This document shows, one piece after another, positions 9,679 to 19,825 of a stretch of 64,000 nucleotides of DNA (positions are counted from its first letter, which is position 1; every line of letters starts with the position of its first letter). Location: the NCBI GenBank assembly GCA_963841915.1, contig CAWJEN010000005.1, forward strand, positions 352,001 through 416,000, written 5' to 3'. The DNA comes from an uncultured Planctomycetota bacterium. Its GTDB lineage: Bacteria; Planctomycetota; Phycisphaerae; Tepidisphaerales; Tepidisphaeraceae. Below the pieces are notes generated by a model, which worked only from the letters and a program-made list of their open reading frames with translations, was not told where the DNA came from and ran no database searches. The translations under genes and the position numbers were made by a program.

Positions 9679-10641
9679 TCAGGCAGCTGCGCCTTGCAGC
9701 TCGCCCGCACCTTCTTCGAGCTCGACGCCGCGCCGGTCGGCGACGGTCTGTCGACTTTGAAGTCGACGCAGCGCGTCGATGGTGGCCTTGAGCAGGTTTT
9801 TGGGACTGGTGCTGCCGTAGGCCTTCGTGAGCACGTCGCTCAGGCCGGCAAGTTCGAGCACCGGGCGGACTGTCTTACCAGCCGTGACGCCGGTACCGGG
9901 CAACGCCGGGATGAGCTTGACGCTTGATGCGCCGCTCTTTCCGAGCGATACGTGCGGGATCGTGGTACCCTGCATGGGGAACTTGAAGAGACTCTTGCGG
10001 GCTTCCTTTGTCGCCTTTTCAACGGCAGAAGGAACTTCGTTGGCCTTGCCGTAGCCGATACCGATCTTGCCGGCGCGGTCACCGGCCACGACGAGGGCGG
10101 CGAAGCTGAAAGTTCGGCCGCCCTTGACGACTTTGCTGCAACGGTAGATGCGGATCACGCTCGACTCGATGCCGTCCTCATCCTTCTCAGGACGATTGTC
10201 GCTGCGACGCCCACGGCCCCGGCCGCCCTGCTGTCCGCCTCCTCCACCGCCGCGACCACGACCACCTCCGCCTCCGCCTCCTCCACCACCGGTGCGGGGA
10301 CCACTGGGCATCACAGGTCCTACGGAGGCGGCAGGCTCAATGACTGGTGTCGAGAGGACCGCCTCGGGCGTGCCTACAGCTTGTGGCGTGTTCGGCTGAC
10401 TGTCACCAACGGCGGTCGCATCACTCGTGCCGGCACCTGTCTGATTGCCGTCCGCCGTAGCACCAGGCTCGCCAGCACCCGCACCGACCTGCTCGAGCTC
10501 ACCGCGGGCTGGCATCGGCGCACTGCCATCGTTCGGCATCGAGCCGTCCTTCGAAGCGTCGACGCTGCCAACGGAATCGGCACCGGTGTCCGCACCCTCA
10601 GCGGTTTTGGGAGAAGTATCAGGAGTGTCTTGATCAGCCAT
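9679..10641 (-). CDS. rpsE: 30S ribosomal protein S5 with long N-terminal extension
   Basis: RCSKVVKGGRTFSFAALVVAGD, GKANEV, PGTGV; start MADQD. Confidence 0.95.
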   Translation of the reverse strand: MADQDTPDTSPKTAEGADTGADSVGSVDASKDGSMPNDGSAPMPARGELEQVGAGAGEPGATADGNQTGAGTSDATAVGDSQPNTPQAVGTPEAVLSTPVIEPAASVGPVMPSGPRTGGGGGGGGGGRGRGGGGGGQQGGRGRGRRSDNRPEKDEDGIESSVIRIYRCSKVVKGGRTFSFAALVVAGDRAGKIGIGYGKANEVPSAVEKATKEARKSLFKFPMQGTTIPHVSLGKSGASSVKLIPALPGTGVTAGKTVRPVLELAGLSDVLTKAYGSTSPKNLLKATIDALRRLQSRQTVADRRGVELEEGAGELQGAAA

Positions 10642-10743
10642 GGGGAAGCGTGTGTGTCTGAGAACGGCCGGTCTTGATGATAAAGCCGCCTCGTCAGTGC
10701 CGGCGGGCAATCTGAGGACGAGGCGGTGCAGTGCTGTGATGTC

Positions 10744-11115
10744 TTAGAATTGCAGTCCGCCCTCACGGGCGGCATCTGCCAGTGCGGCAACGCGCCCGTG
10801 ATAGCGACGACCATTGCGATCAAATGCGACCTTTGTCACGCCGGCGGCCTTGGCCTTCTCGGCGATGGCCTTACCAACCGCCGTCGCGGCGGCCACATTG
10901 CAGGTGCCACCCGACTCGACGGCAGACGACTTGCCAATTGTACCAGCAGAGGCAAGGGTGCGGCCGGCCCGGTCGTCGATGATCTGGGCGTAGATGTGCT
11001 TGCCGCTTGGGAAGACGGTCAGGCGAGGCCTCTCTTCGGTGCCGACGATCTTGTGCCGGATGCTGTACTTGCGGCGTTGAAGCCGCTTGGCCTTAAGCTT
11101 GTTCTTGTCTGCCAT
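10744..11115 (-). CDS. rplR: 50S ribosomal protein L18
   Basis: [37 protein letters not shown]. Confidence 0.98.
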   Translation of the reverse strand: MADKNKLKAKRLQRRKYSIRHKIVGTEERPRLTVFPSGKHIYAQIIDDRAGRTLASAGTIGKSSAVESGGTCNVAAATAVGKAIAEKAKAAGVTKVAFDRNGRRYHGRVAALADAAREGGLQF

Positions 11116-11184
11116 CGTGGTGTGTCCTTTCGGTGCCCGCTCCAGGGGCGACGGAGGATCCGTCGCCCACGGACGAATTCTACG

Positions 11185-11724
11185 TCATTTGCCGGTTGTC
11201 TTACCCGGCTTGATCTTGACCTGCTCGCCCTCGTAGCGAATGCCTTTACCTTTGTAAGGCTCGGGCTTACGGATCGCACGGACCTCGGCGGCAAATTGGC
11301 CGACCTTCTGCTTGTCGATGCCAGTCACTTCGATCTTAGTGCCGCCGTCGACAGAGACGGTAAGCCCATCTGGAACGATGCGGGTGATCTTGTTGGCGAA
11401 GCCGGCAGCAACGACCAGCTTCTTACCTTGAAGAACGGCGTTATAGCCGACGCCTTGAACCTCAAGTGCCTTGCGGTACCCGTCGGTTACACCAACGAGC
11501 ATGTTGGCGACGAGTGCTCGAGTCAGGCCATGAAAAGCCTTGCTCGTTCGCTCGTCGTTGGCCCGGCTAACCGTAACTTCAGAATCGTCAATCGAAAAGT
11601 CGATAGCAGGCTGAGCGGTAAAGCTGAGCTTGCCTTTCGGCCCTTCGACATTGATGGTTTTGCCGTCGATCGACGCTTTCGCGCCGGAGGGAATGGTGAC
11701 TGGCTTTTTGCCGAGACGGGACAT
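11185..11724 (-). CDS. rplF: 50S ribosomal protein L6
   Basis: MSRLGKKP, GPKG, KPEPYKGKGIRY. Confidence 0.98.
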   Translation of the reverse strand: MSRLGKKPVTIPSGAKASIDGKTINVEGPKGKLSFTAQPAIDFSIDDSEVTVSRANDERTSKAFHGLTRALVANMLVGVTDGYRKALEVQGVGYNAVLQGKKLVVAAGFANKITRIVPDGLTVSVDGGTKIEVTGIDKQKVGQFAAEVRAIRKPEPYKGKGIRYEGEQVKIKPGKTTGK

Positions 11725-11791
11725 GTCGGGTGCCTTTCGAGCTCACGCCGACGTTTCGGCGGCTTGGAGGGGACGGAAAAATTACTTGGGT

Positions 11792-12202
11792 TCAGGCAAC
11801 GGTGCAGAGCAGTTCCCCGCCAACCTTCTGGTCGCGGCACTTACGGTCGCTCATAACACCACGGCTTGTCGACACGACGTTGATGCCTAGGCCATCGAGC
11901 ACGCGGGGCATGTCAGCGACACCCTTGTAGACACGCCGTCCCGGCTTGGAGAACCGAGTAATCTCACGGATCGCCTTCTCTCCGCCGAGCGTGTACTTAA
12001 GCACGACGCGAATAGCGCCTTGATGACCGGTGCCCGGCGCGTCGGGAACGTCTTCGAAGTCCTCAATATACCCCTCTTCCTTCAGGACGCCGGCGATGCC
12101 GCGGCAGACCTTGCTGGCCTTGATGAGAACGTCCTTGCGACCGACCCGGTTGCCGTTACGGATGCGGGTCAGCATGTCCGCGATGGGATCCTGCATGCTC
12201 AT
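11792..12202 (-). CDS. rpsH: 30S ribosomal protein S8
   Basis: DPIADMLTRIRN, SKPGRRVY, STSRG, GGE. Confidence 0.98.
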   Translation of the reverse strand: MSMQDPIADMLTRIRNGNRVGRKDVLIKASKVCRGIAGVLKEEGYIEDFEDVPDAPGTGHQGAIRVVLKYTLGGEKAIREITRFSKPGRRVYKGVADMPRVLDGLGINVVSTSRGVMSDRKCRDQKVGGELLCTVA

Positions 12203-12254
12203 GATTGGATTCGGATAAGTGCGTGGAGCGGAGTATCAGGAAACAGCAGAAGGT

Positions 12255-12524
12255 TCACCAGCTGCTCTTGCGGAGGCCGGGGATCATGCCCTTGAGTGCG
12301 AGCTCGCGGACCTGGTTTCGGCAAATATTGAACTTGCGAAGGTAACCACGAGGCCGCCCGGTGAGGGCACAGCGGTTGTGGCTACGAGTCGGAGACGAAT
12401 CACGTGGCAAGCGAGCCAAAGCAGCGTAATCGCCCTCGGCCTTGAGTTGCTGACGCTTCTCGAAGAACTTGTCCTTCAGCGCCTCACGCTTCTTCTGCTT
12501 AACAATCCATGCGGTGGTGGCCAT
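12255..12524 (-). CDS. rpsN: 30S ribosomal protein S14 (89 aa, Zn-independent type)
   Basis: [22 protein letters not shown]...IPGLRKSSW. Confidence 0.97.
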   Translation of the reverse strand: MATTAWIVKQKKREALKDKFFEKRQQLKAEGDYAALARLPRDSSPTRSHNRCALTGRPRGYLRKFNICRNQVRELALKGMIPGLRKSSW

Positions 12525-12575
12525 AGCTATGTCCTTACGCGTCAGTGCGTGTTCGTGTGCGGGTCAGGCGAAAGT

Positions 12576-13226
12576 TCAGGCGGCTTGCTTCTGCTCTTCA
12601 TCCTTGCGGAAGGGGAAGCTAAAGCCCTTAAGCAACGCGCGACCCTCGTCGGCGGTGGCGGCTGTCGTCGTGATCGTGATGTTCATGCCCTGCTGATACA
12701 CAGCTGAGGCAGAATCGATCTCCGGGAAAACGACCTGCTCGTTCAGGCCGAAGTTGTAGTTGCCTTGGCCGTCAAAGCTCTTGGGGTTCAAGCCGCGAAA
12801 GTCCTTCACACGGGGAATCGCCAGATTGACGAGCCGATCGAAAAACTCCCACATCCGTGCGCCGCGGAGAGTCACCATCAAACCAGTCTCCTGACCCTCG
12901 CGAACCTTGAAGCCGGCGACTGATTTCTTGGCCTTGGTGCGGACGGGCTTCTGGCCCGCGATCATCGTAAGCTCCCTCTCAGCGACGTCCATCCGTTGCT
13001 TCTCACCCGCAACAACGGCCTTGCCGAGGCCCATGCTGATAACGATCTTCTCGATCTTCGGGATCGCGTGAATATTCGTGTAGCCAAACTCTTGCTTAAG
13101 AGCCGGGACGATCTCGTCGCTGTACACCTTCGACATGCGAGGCGGTGGAACGTCCGAGTTGGGACGCTCTTCCGTCTTCAGAGCGGCAAGCTTCTGGGGA
13201 CGTTGTTCTTTACTCTGCTTCGCCAT
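12576..13226 (-). CDS. rplE: 50S ribosomal protein L5
   Basis: PKIEKIVISMG, IAGQKP, PRVKDFRG, FDGQGNY. Confidence 0.98.
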   Translation of the reverse strand: MAKQSKEQRPQKLAALKTEERPNSDVPPPRMSKVYSDEIVPALKQEFGYTNIHAIPKIEKIVISMGLGKAVVAGEKQRMDVAERELTMIAGQKPVRTKAKKSVAGFKVREGQETGLMVTLRGARMWEFFDRLVNLAIPRVKDFRGLNPKSFDGQGNYNFGLNEQVVFPEIDSASAVYQQGMNITITTTAATADEGRALLKGFSFPFRKDEEQKQAA

Positions 13227-13288
13227 GATGCGGGGTTGCGACGCGTAGGTGCGACGTAGGTCTGGTGAGTCTGGAGGGACGTGATCGA

Positions 13289-13609
13289 TCAGACGCGGCC
13301 AAGGCTCGCGCCACTCTTGACTGCTATTCGATGCTTGGCACCATCGCGCTCTTCGAAGCGGACGCGGGTCGGCTTGTCGAGCTCGGGGTCAACCAATGCA
13401 ACATTGCTGACATGGACCGGGCGATCGATCTGACGCCGCTCACCCTTCGGATTTTGCTGCGTCGGCTTGACGTGCTTCCAGGCTTTGTTCATGCCTTCAA
13501 CGAGCACTTTGGCATCATCGGCCATGACACGGATAACGCGGCCACGCTTACCTTTATCACTGCCCGTGATGACCTGTACGAGGTCGCCGCTTTTGATCTT
13601 TGCTGCCAT
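13289..13609 (-). CDS. rplX: 50S ribosomal protein L24
   Basis: KIKSGDLVQVITGSDKGKRG, HVSNV. Confidence 0.97.
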   Translation of the reverse strand: MAAKIKSGDLVQVITGSDKGKRGRVIRVMADDAKVLVEGMNKAWKHVKPTQQNPKGERRQIDRPVHVSNVALVDPELDKPTRVRFEERDGAKHRIAVKSGASLGRV

Positions 13610-13642
13610 GACTGTGTGTGCGGTGTTGCGGGTGGACGAGAA

Positions 13643-14032
13643 CTACCAGACTTCGCTGGCTTGGCTGACGATCTTCGCGTAACCCCGTTCGCGGAGCTCG
13701 CGGGCAATGGCGCCGAAGATGCGGGTGCCGCGTGGGTTGCCGTCTTCGCCGATGAGGACAGCGGCGTTGTTGTCGAAGCGAACGTAGCTGCCGTCTTTGC
13801 GCTTGATCGGGTAGCTCGTGCGGACGATGACGCAGCGGACCACTTCGCCTTCTTTGACGTCAGCACCTGGAAGTGCCTTCTTGACACTGCAGATGATGAT
13901 CTCTCCGACACCGGCCGCGGGACGGCTCATGCCGTGGCGACGGCTGGTGGTTCGGCCGAGCACCTTGATGCACATGACCTGCTTCGCACCGCTGTTGTCG
14001 GCGACGTCGAGATAGGATTCCTGCTGAATCAT
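13643..14032 (-). CDS. rplN: 50S ribosomal protein L14
   Basis: [22 protein letters not shown]. Confidence 0.98.
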   Translation of the reverse strand: MIQQESYLDVADNSGAKQVMCIKVLGRTTSRRHGMSRPAAGVGEIIICSVKKALPGADVKEGEVVRCVIVRTSYPIKRKDGSYVRFDNNAAVLIGEDGNPRGTRIFGAIARELRERGYAKIVSQASEVW

Positions 14033-14094
14033 GACAAACGGGCGATGCGGCTAAGCGGGTACGGGCGAAACAAGGTGACTGACGGATGTATAGA

Positions 14095-14385
14095 TCAGAT
14101 GCCGTCCGGGCCACGCTCGATGATCTTGACGAGGCGGTGGTGCTTCGTCTTGCTAAGCGGTCGGCACTCTGCGACGAGAACGGTATCGCCGACCTTGGCG
14201 TCATTCGTCTCGTCGTGGGCCTGGAGAACGGAGCGACGAGTCAAGTACTTGCCGTACTTGGGGTGCTTCGTCTGGTAGTTGATCTGGACGCGAACCGTCT
14301 TGTCGGCGGCATTCTGCGTTACGACGCCCTGACGCGTGCGGAGCACGGAGCGAGCGGTTGAGCTGGAGTCGGCGGTGTCGGCCAT
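14095..14385 (-). CDS. rpsQ: 30S ribosomal protein S17
   Basis: HPKYGK, AHDE, ECRPLSKTK. Confidence 0.97.
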   Translation of the reverse strand: MADTADSSSTARSVLRTRQGVVTQNAADKTVRVQINYQTKHPKYGKYLTRRSVLQAHDETNDAKVGDTVLVAECRPLSKTKHHRLVKIIERGPDGI

Positions 14386-14415
14386 TGTGGTCGTTGCAGA
14401 GGTGACAAGTCAGGT

Positions 14416-14625
14416 TCAGGCGGAGGCGGAAGCCAACTGTCGCTGGCGGAGCAGCGTCTTGAGCCTCGCGATGTCGCGACGGCTCTTCTTAATGAGGCTC
14501 GAGTCGTCGAGCTTCTCGATTACCGACTGCGTACGCAGGTCAAAGAGTTGCCGCTGTAATGCTGCAAGCTCCTTGCTGAGCGCTTCAGTGTCCTTCTCGC
14601 GGTAAGCCTTGGTATCGATGGGCAT
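14416..14625 (-). CDS. rpmC: 50S ribosomal protein L29
   Basis: LFDLR...RRDIARLKT; operon position. Confidence 0.95.
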   Translation of the reverse strand: MPIDTKAYREKDTEALSKELAALQRQLFDLRTQSVIEKLDDSSLIKKSRRDIARLKTLLRQRQLASASA

Positions 14626-14644
14626 CGTGGGAGGTTCGGAAGGT

Positions 14645-15094
14645 TCAGGCGGCAGCCGACGCAGCGGCAGGAGTGTGACTCGTTTGGGCGCGCGTCACGA
14701 AACGCGTCTTGATCGGCATCTTGTGGGCCACGCGGGCAAAGGCTTGGCGGGCGAGCGACTCGGTGACGCCGGCAATCTCAAAGAGAATCATGCCGGGCTT
14801 GACCTTGGCGGCGTAGTAGTCAACGTCGCCCTTGCCTTTACCCATTCGAACTTCCAACGGCTTACCGGAGACCGGCGTGTGCGGGAAGATCCGACGGAAG
14901 AGCTTGCCCTGCCGACGCAGGTAGTGGCTCACTGCGATTCGGCCGGCTTCGATCTGACGGGCGGTGATCCGCTCGTGCTCGAGTGCCATCAGGCCGAACT
15001 CGCCAAACACAACGGTGTTGCCACGGGTGGCATTGCCGCGGTTCTTACCCTTCATCTCCTTGCGGTACTTCCGCCGCTTTGGCATCAATGGCAT
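14645..15094 (-). CDS. rplP: 50S ribosomal protein L16
   Basis: PKRRKYRK, QIEAGR, RMGKGKG. Confidence 0.98.
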   Translation of the reverse strand: MPLMPKRRKYRKEMKGKNRGNATRGNTVVFGEFGLMALEHERITARQIEAGRIAVSHYLRRQGKLFRRIFPHTPVSGKPLEVRMGKGKGDVDYYAAKVKPGMILFEIAGVTESLARQAFARVAHKMPIKTRFVTRAQTSHTPAAASAAA

Positions 15095-15141
15095 GACGTG
15101 CTCCTAAGTGTTCTTGGGGGTTCGTTTGCGAGAAAGATGCC

Positions 15142-15843
15142 TCAGCCGCGACGGCCGCGACGTTGGTAACCGCCTGGGCGGGTGTCGGTGTCTTCGACTG
15201 GATTGTCGTAGCGACCTCGGTAGATCCAAACCTTCACACCGATCGTGCCGGCCTTGGTCTTACTGACGGCATAGCCGTAATCGATGAAGGCTTGCAGCGT
15301 GGTGAGAGGGACCGAACCGGTCGTCTGCTTCTCGCTGCGGGCGATGTCACCGCCACCAAGGCGGCCACCCACTTGGATGCGGACGCCCTTGGCTCCGGCA
15401 TTCTTACTGGCTTCCATGCGCATCTTGAGAACGCGGCGGAAGCTGGCCCGCTTCTTGAGCTGCTCGGCAATACCTTCAGCAACAAGCTGGGCATTGAGAT
15501 CCGGGTTCTTGATCTCGATGACCTTGATCGGGCCGATCTTGCGGCCGATCGTGTCCTCGAGTTCCTCACGCAGACGGTCAACTTCAGCACCCTTGGGGCC
15601 GATGACCAGGCCGGGACGGGCGGTCTTGATCGAAATCGTGACCTCTTCCCGAGTTCGCTCGATGATGACTTCGCTTACCGCTGCAAACGGAGGCCGGCGG
15701 TTAAGCTTGTTGTCGATGTACTCGCGGAGCTTGTAGTCTTCGACGAGAAACTCGCCGTACGCCTTCTTAGGCGCGTACCACTTGGACTTGTGGTCCTCGG
15801 TGATGCCGATGCGGAAACCGACCGGGTGAATCTTTTGGCCCAT
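15142..15843 (-). CDS. rpsC: 30S ribosomal protein S3
   Basis: MGQKIHPVGFRIG, ARPGLVIG, GRLGG, GVKVW. Confidence 0.98.
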   Translation of the reverse strand: MGQKIHPVGFRIGITEDHKSKWYAPKKAYGEFLVEDYKLREYIDNKLNRRPPFAAVSEVIIERTREEVTISIKTARPGLVIGPKGAEVDRLREELEDTIGRKIGPIKVIEIKNPDLNAQLVAEGIAEQLKKRASFRRVLKMRMEASKNAGAKGVRIQVGGRLGGGDIARSEKQTTGSVPLTTLQAFIDYGYAVSKTKAGTIGVKVWIYRGRYDNPVEDTDTRPGGYQRRGRRG

Positions 15844-15875
15844 GTTATTGTGGTCCTTCGGAGGTGGAGGTCGGT

Positions 15876-16214
15876 TCAGGCAGCGTCGACGCTGATGATG
15901 AGGTGGCTGGTCCGCTTCATGATCGGATGAGCTTTGCCCCGGTCTTTGGGTTGAAACCGCTTGATGGTCGGGCCTTCGTCGGCACGGGCTTCTGTGATGA
16001 CGAGGGCGCTGCGGGTCCCGGCGTTCTCAGGGTTATCGTTGAAGCTGGCGACGGCAGAACGAACGACCTTGCCGATCATGTGGCCGGCACGACGCTTATT
16101 GAACTCGAGGACGCTGAGGGCGTCATCAACTTCGCGGCCGCGGATCATGTCCATGATCAGGCGCGCCTTGCGGGGCGTGGTTCGAGCGAATCGGTGCGTA
16201 GCGCGGTGTGCCAT
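15876..16214 (-). CDS. rplV: 50S ribosomal protein L22
   Basis: TPRKARL, DEGPTIKRFQP, KRTSH. Confidence 0.97.
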   Translation of the reverse strand: MAHRATHRFARTTPRKARLIMDMIRGREVDDALSVLEFNKRRAGHMIGKVVRSAVASFNDNPENAGTRSALVITEARADEGPTIKRFQPKDRGKAHPIMKRTSHLIISVDAA

Positions 16215-16244
16215 GACTGCGTGCTGAGGAGGAACGGGAACGGG

Positions 16245-16514
16245 CTATCGCTTCTTGCCACCGACGTGGCCGCGGAACGTGCGGGTCGGACTGAACTCGC
16301 CGAGCTTGTGCCCGACCATGTCTTCCTGGACGAACACCTTCTTGAACTCGCGGCCGTTGTGCACCTCAAAGGTGTGGCCGACAAAGTCGGGGATGATGGT
16401 GCAGGCGCGGGCCCAGGTCTTGACGGGCTTTTTCTGGTTCGTCTCGTTGAGCTTCTCTACCTTGAAGTAGAGTTTCTCGTCGACGTACGGGCCCTTCTTG
16501 CTGCTGCGTGACAT
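16245..16514 (-). CDS. rpsS: 30S ribosomal protein S19
   Basis: [24 protein letters not shown]. Confidence 0.98.
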   Translation of the reverse strand: MSRSSKKGPYVDEKLYFKVEKLNETNQKKPVKTWARACTIIPDFVGHTFEVHNGREFKKVFVQEDMVGHKLGEFSPTRTFRGHVGGKKR

Positions 16515-16551
16515 GGCGTAGATCCTTGGAGGCGGGTGACTGAGCGGGGCC

Positions 16552-17421
16552 TTAGCTGTTTACGGTGACCTTGCGCGGCTGGTGCTTGCCCATCTTGCGG
16601 CGACGCAGGATGAACTTTTCACTGGCCTTCTTCTTATCGCGGGTGACGCCGCCCTTGGAGGGCACGCCCGATTTGCTGACGGGGTGACGTCCACCGTTGC
16701 TGCGACCTTCACCACCTCCAAGCGGGTGGTCGATCGGGTTCATTGCCTTGGCACGGGTGTGCGGGCGGATACCCATGTGACGACTGCGACCGGCCTTGCC
16801 AATCTTGACGTTCTGGTGGTCTGTGTTGCCAACCTGGCCGATCGTCGCCCGGCATTCGCTGCGGATGCGGCGTTGTTCGCCGCTGGGCAGGATGATGACA
16901 ACGTATTGACCTTCTTTGGCTGCGAGTCGGGCGGCGTTGCCGGCCGAGCGGACGAGTTTCCCACCCTGGCCGGGGTTCAGCTCGATGTTGTGGATCGTCA
17001 GGCCGGTTGGGATGCTAGCCAGGGGCAGGCAATTGCCAACCTCGGGAGCGCTGCCTTCGCCGCTCATGACGGTGCGGCCGACTTCCAGACCGACAGGCGC
17101 CAGGATGTAGGCCTTCTCGCCGTCCTCGTACTTCAGCAGTGCGATGAAGCAGGTGCGATTCGGGTCGTATTCAATCGTTTCGACGTTGGCAGCAACGCCG
17201 TCCTTGCGGTTACGCTTGAAGTCGATCTTGCGATAGAGCTTCTTATTACCGCCGCCACGGTGCTTGGCCGTGATCTTGCCGTGGTGGTTTCGGCCGCCGG
17301 TCTTGGTCAGACGCTCGCAGAGTGACTTCTCGGGCTTGCTCGTCGTGAGCGTCGCACGGTAGTCGATCACGCTCGAGTCGCGACGGCCGGCGCTGGTCGG
17401 GTTGTAGGTCTTGATCGGCAT
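16552..17421 (-). CDS. rplB: 50S ribosomal protein L2
   Basis: [26 protein letters not shown]. Confidence 0.98.
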   Translation of the reverse strand: MPIKTYNPTSAGRRDSSVIDYRATLTTSKPEKSLCERLTKTGGRNHHGKITAKHRGGGNKKLYRKIDFKRNRKDGVAANVETIEYDPNRTCFIALLKYEDGEKAYILAPVGLEVGRTVMSGEGSAPEVGNCLPLASIPTGLTIHNIELNPGQGGKLVRSAGNAARLAAKEGQYVVIILPSGEQRRIRSECRATIGQVGNTDHQNVKIGKAGRSRHMGIRPHTRAKAMNPIDHPLGGGEGRSNGGRHPVSKSGVPSKGGVTRDKKKASEKFILRRRKMGKHQPRKVTVNS

Positions 17422-17463
17422 CGAGACTTTCTTGGCTAGCGGGGTCTGCGGACGGGAACGTGA

Positions 17464-17742
17464 TCAGAAAAGTTCGATGCGGTCTTCGCCCTTGAGGACG
17501 ACGACGGCACGCTTCTTGTCGGGCTTCTTGGCCAGGCCGTACTTGGTCCGGCGGCTCTTGCCCTTACGGGTCATCGTGCGGACCTCCGCAACGTTGACTT
17601 TGTAGATCTCTTCAATCGCACGCTGGATTGTGTACTTGTTCGCGTCGGGTGCAACTTCGAACGTGTACGCGTTGTGCCGGCCGGCTGCCCACGTCGTCTT
17701 CTCGGTGACGATTGGCTTGACGAGGATGCTGGTGGCTTCCAT
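17464..17742 (-). CDS. rplW: 50S ribosomal protein L23
   Basis: PIVTEK, YTFEV, KKRAVV; start MEATS. Confidence 0.95.
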   Translation of the reverse strand: MEATSILVKPIVTEKTTWAAGRHNAYTFEVAPDANKYTIQRAIEEIYKVNVAEVRTMTRKGKSRRTKYGLAKKPDKKRAVVVLKGEDRIELF

Positions 17743-17819
17743 GACGTGCGGGTGAAAGAGGAGCTGTGTCGGGGGAGACAACGGCCCATGCATGAGTGCA
17801 TGCACGGGCCGTTGCGGGT

Positions 17820-18455
17820 TCAGTCGGCCATGACCTGGTCGAGGCCGGCGCGAGTCATGAGGAGCGTCCGCGTGCGGAGCACGTCAAACGCGTTGAGCTG
17901 GGCGACGCTGGTAAAGCGGGTCTCGGCCAGGTTGCGACCGGCACGATGGAGATCCATGTTCTTGGCCGTCTGCGACTCGTCGTTCGGCAGTGCGAACAAA
18001 ACGGTGCGGCTGAGACCAAGTGCCTTCCAGTAGCCGGCCATGACCTTGGTCTTGACCTCGGGCAACGTAATGTCGTCGACGATCTTGACGCTGCCATCCT
18101 GAAACTTGGCCAAGAGCGCGTTACGGGTCGCTAGACGTCGCTGCTTCTTGGGCATGTCCTGCGACCAATCCTTGGGAAGCTTCTGCTTGGCGTGGCCGCC
18201 ACCCTTACGGATGGGGTTACGCTTGGGGCCGACACGAGCGTTGCCGGTGCCCTTCTGGCGATAAAGTTTCTTCGTTGAACCGGCGACTTCGCCGCGGTTC
18301 TTGGTCTTGTGCGTGCCCTGACGCTGGTTGGCGTGGTACATGACCACAGCCTGCTTGATGAGAGCGGGACGGACCTCGCCGCCGAGCTTTTGCTCGTCGA
18401 TCTGAACCGTGTCGACCTGCTCACCGCTGGTGTTGTAGACGGGGACGTCGATCAT
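17820..18455 (-). CDS. rplD: 50S ribosomal protein L4
   Basis: RQGTHKTKNRGEV, QKGTGNAR; start MIDVP. Confidence 0.97.
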   Translation of the reverse strand: MIDVPVYNTSGEQVDTVQIDEQKLGGEVRPALIKQAVVMYHANQRQGTHKTKNRGEVAGSTKKLYRQKGTGNARVGPKRNPIRKGGGHAKQKLPKDWSQDMPKKQRRLATRNALLAKFQDGSVKIVDDITLPEVKTKVMAGYWKALGLSRTVLFALPNDESQTAKNMDLHRAGRNLAETRFTSVAQLNAFDVLRTRTLLMTRAGLDQVMAD

Positions 18456-18456
18456 C

Positions 18457-19128
18457 TTAAGCGGCCTCCTGCTTGGCGTTACGCGAGGCGAGCGACTGCT
18501 TGATAAACAGCAGGCCGCCATTGGCACCGGGGACCGGGCCCTTCACGAGGATCAGGCCGTTGTCGGCGTCAATCCGGACGACCGGGTGATTCATGACCGT
18601 GACTTGCTCGTTACCCATCCGACCGGCCATGCGAAGGCCCTTCTTCGGACGGCCGTTGAAGCCGCGGTTGGTGGCACGTCCGCCGATCGAGCCCGGCGAC
18701 CGGTGCTTGCGCTCCGTGCCGTGCGTAGCAGGCTGGCCGCCGAAGTTGTAACGCTTCATGACGCCCTGCGTGCCCTTGCCCTTGCTGACGCCGGTGACGT
18801 CAACATTGGTGACGCCCTCAAAGACGCTGACGTCGATGGTGTCACCCGTTGCCTTGTCGGTCGCTTCGCTGAGCCGGAGCTCGCGGTGGTGACGCATCGG
18901 GCCGACGCCCGCTTTGGCGTCGTGGCCGATCATCGGGAACGTGCTGTGCTTGGCCTTGGCTTCTTCAAAGCCGAGCTGGACGGCGAAGTAGCCGTCGCTC
19001 GTGTCTTCTGCCTTGACCTGCGTGATGCTGCAGGGACCGGCCTTGATGATGGTAACCGGCACTTGCTTGCCGTCGTCATCGTAGACGCGGGTCATGCCGA
19101 TCTTTCTGCCGAGTAGTGCTGGAAACAT
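18457..19128 (-). CDS. rplC: 50S ribosomal protein L3
   Basis: GRKIGMT, SKGKG, HRSPGSIG, KGPVPG. Confidence 0.98.
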   Translation of the reverse strand: MFPALLGRKIGMTRVYDDDGKQVPVTIIKAGPCSITQVKAEDTSDGYFAVQLGFEEAKAKHSTFPMIGHDAKAGVGPMRHHRELRLSEATDKATGDTIDVSVFEGVTNVDVTGVSKGKGTQGVMKRYNFGGQPATHGTERKHRSPGSIGGRATNRGFNGRPKKGLRMAGRMGNEQVTVMNHPVVRIDADNGLILVKGPVPGANGGLLFIKQSLASRNAKQEAA

Positions 19129-19396
19129 TGGCGTCGGTCGGTCCCAGAGCAGTCGACACGCGTCGATCTGGTGGGCCGCTCCTATCGGTCAGGAACGTGG
19201 TGAGTGGAGCCCGGCCGAGTGCTGTTGAGCGACTAGCGGCGGACCCTCTGGGCCTGGTGCGTCACCCGCGGGGAGCGGGATTCCGGGGTCTTGGATGACC
19301 CCCGCATCAGGCGAACGGTGCGTCCCGAAATTTCGGAACTGGGTTGTCTCAGGTGCCTCTTGCCGGTTCTTACCGGATCAGGCGGGCGGGAGTGTA
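19129..19396 (-). promoter_or_regulatory. Candidate internal promoter and structured 5' leader of rplC
   Basis: TACACT -10-like hexamer (19391-19396, minus strand) followed by several hairpins in the 321-bp rpsJ-rplC gap. Confidence 0.5.
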
Positions 19397-19449
19397 GCGG
19401 GTCACCGTCGAGTGTCGCGTTGCGACACCCGAATTTTGTGAACAGCTGC

Positions 19450-19761
<312 letters not shown>

Positions 19762-19825
19762 AGGTTCTCTGCGTTTCTCGTGCGGGTCAGTTCGGGCGGG
19801 GAGGCTAGGACAGGCGGCCGGTAAG

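Noticed and set aside
8873..17814. Short intergenic hairpins in the r-protein cluster (about 8873-8906, 11146-11168, 17779-17814)
   Set aside because: Unrelated in sequence and without U-tracts; probably ordinary mRNA stability or processing stems rather than a repeat family.
19280..19385. Hammerhead ribozyme in the rplC leader
   Set aside because: CTGAT motifs are present, but I could not assemble the CUGAUGA/GAAA core with three stems.
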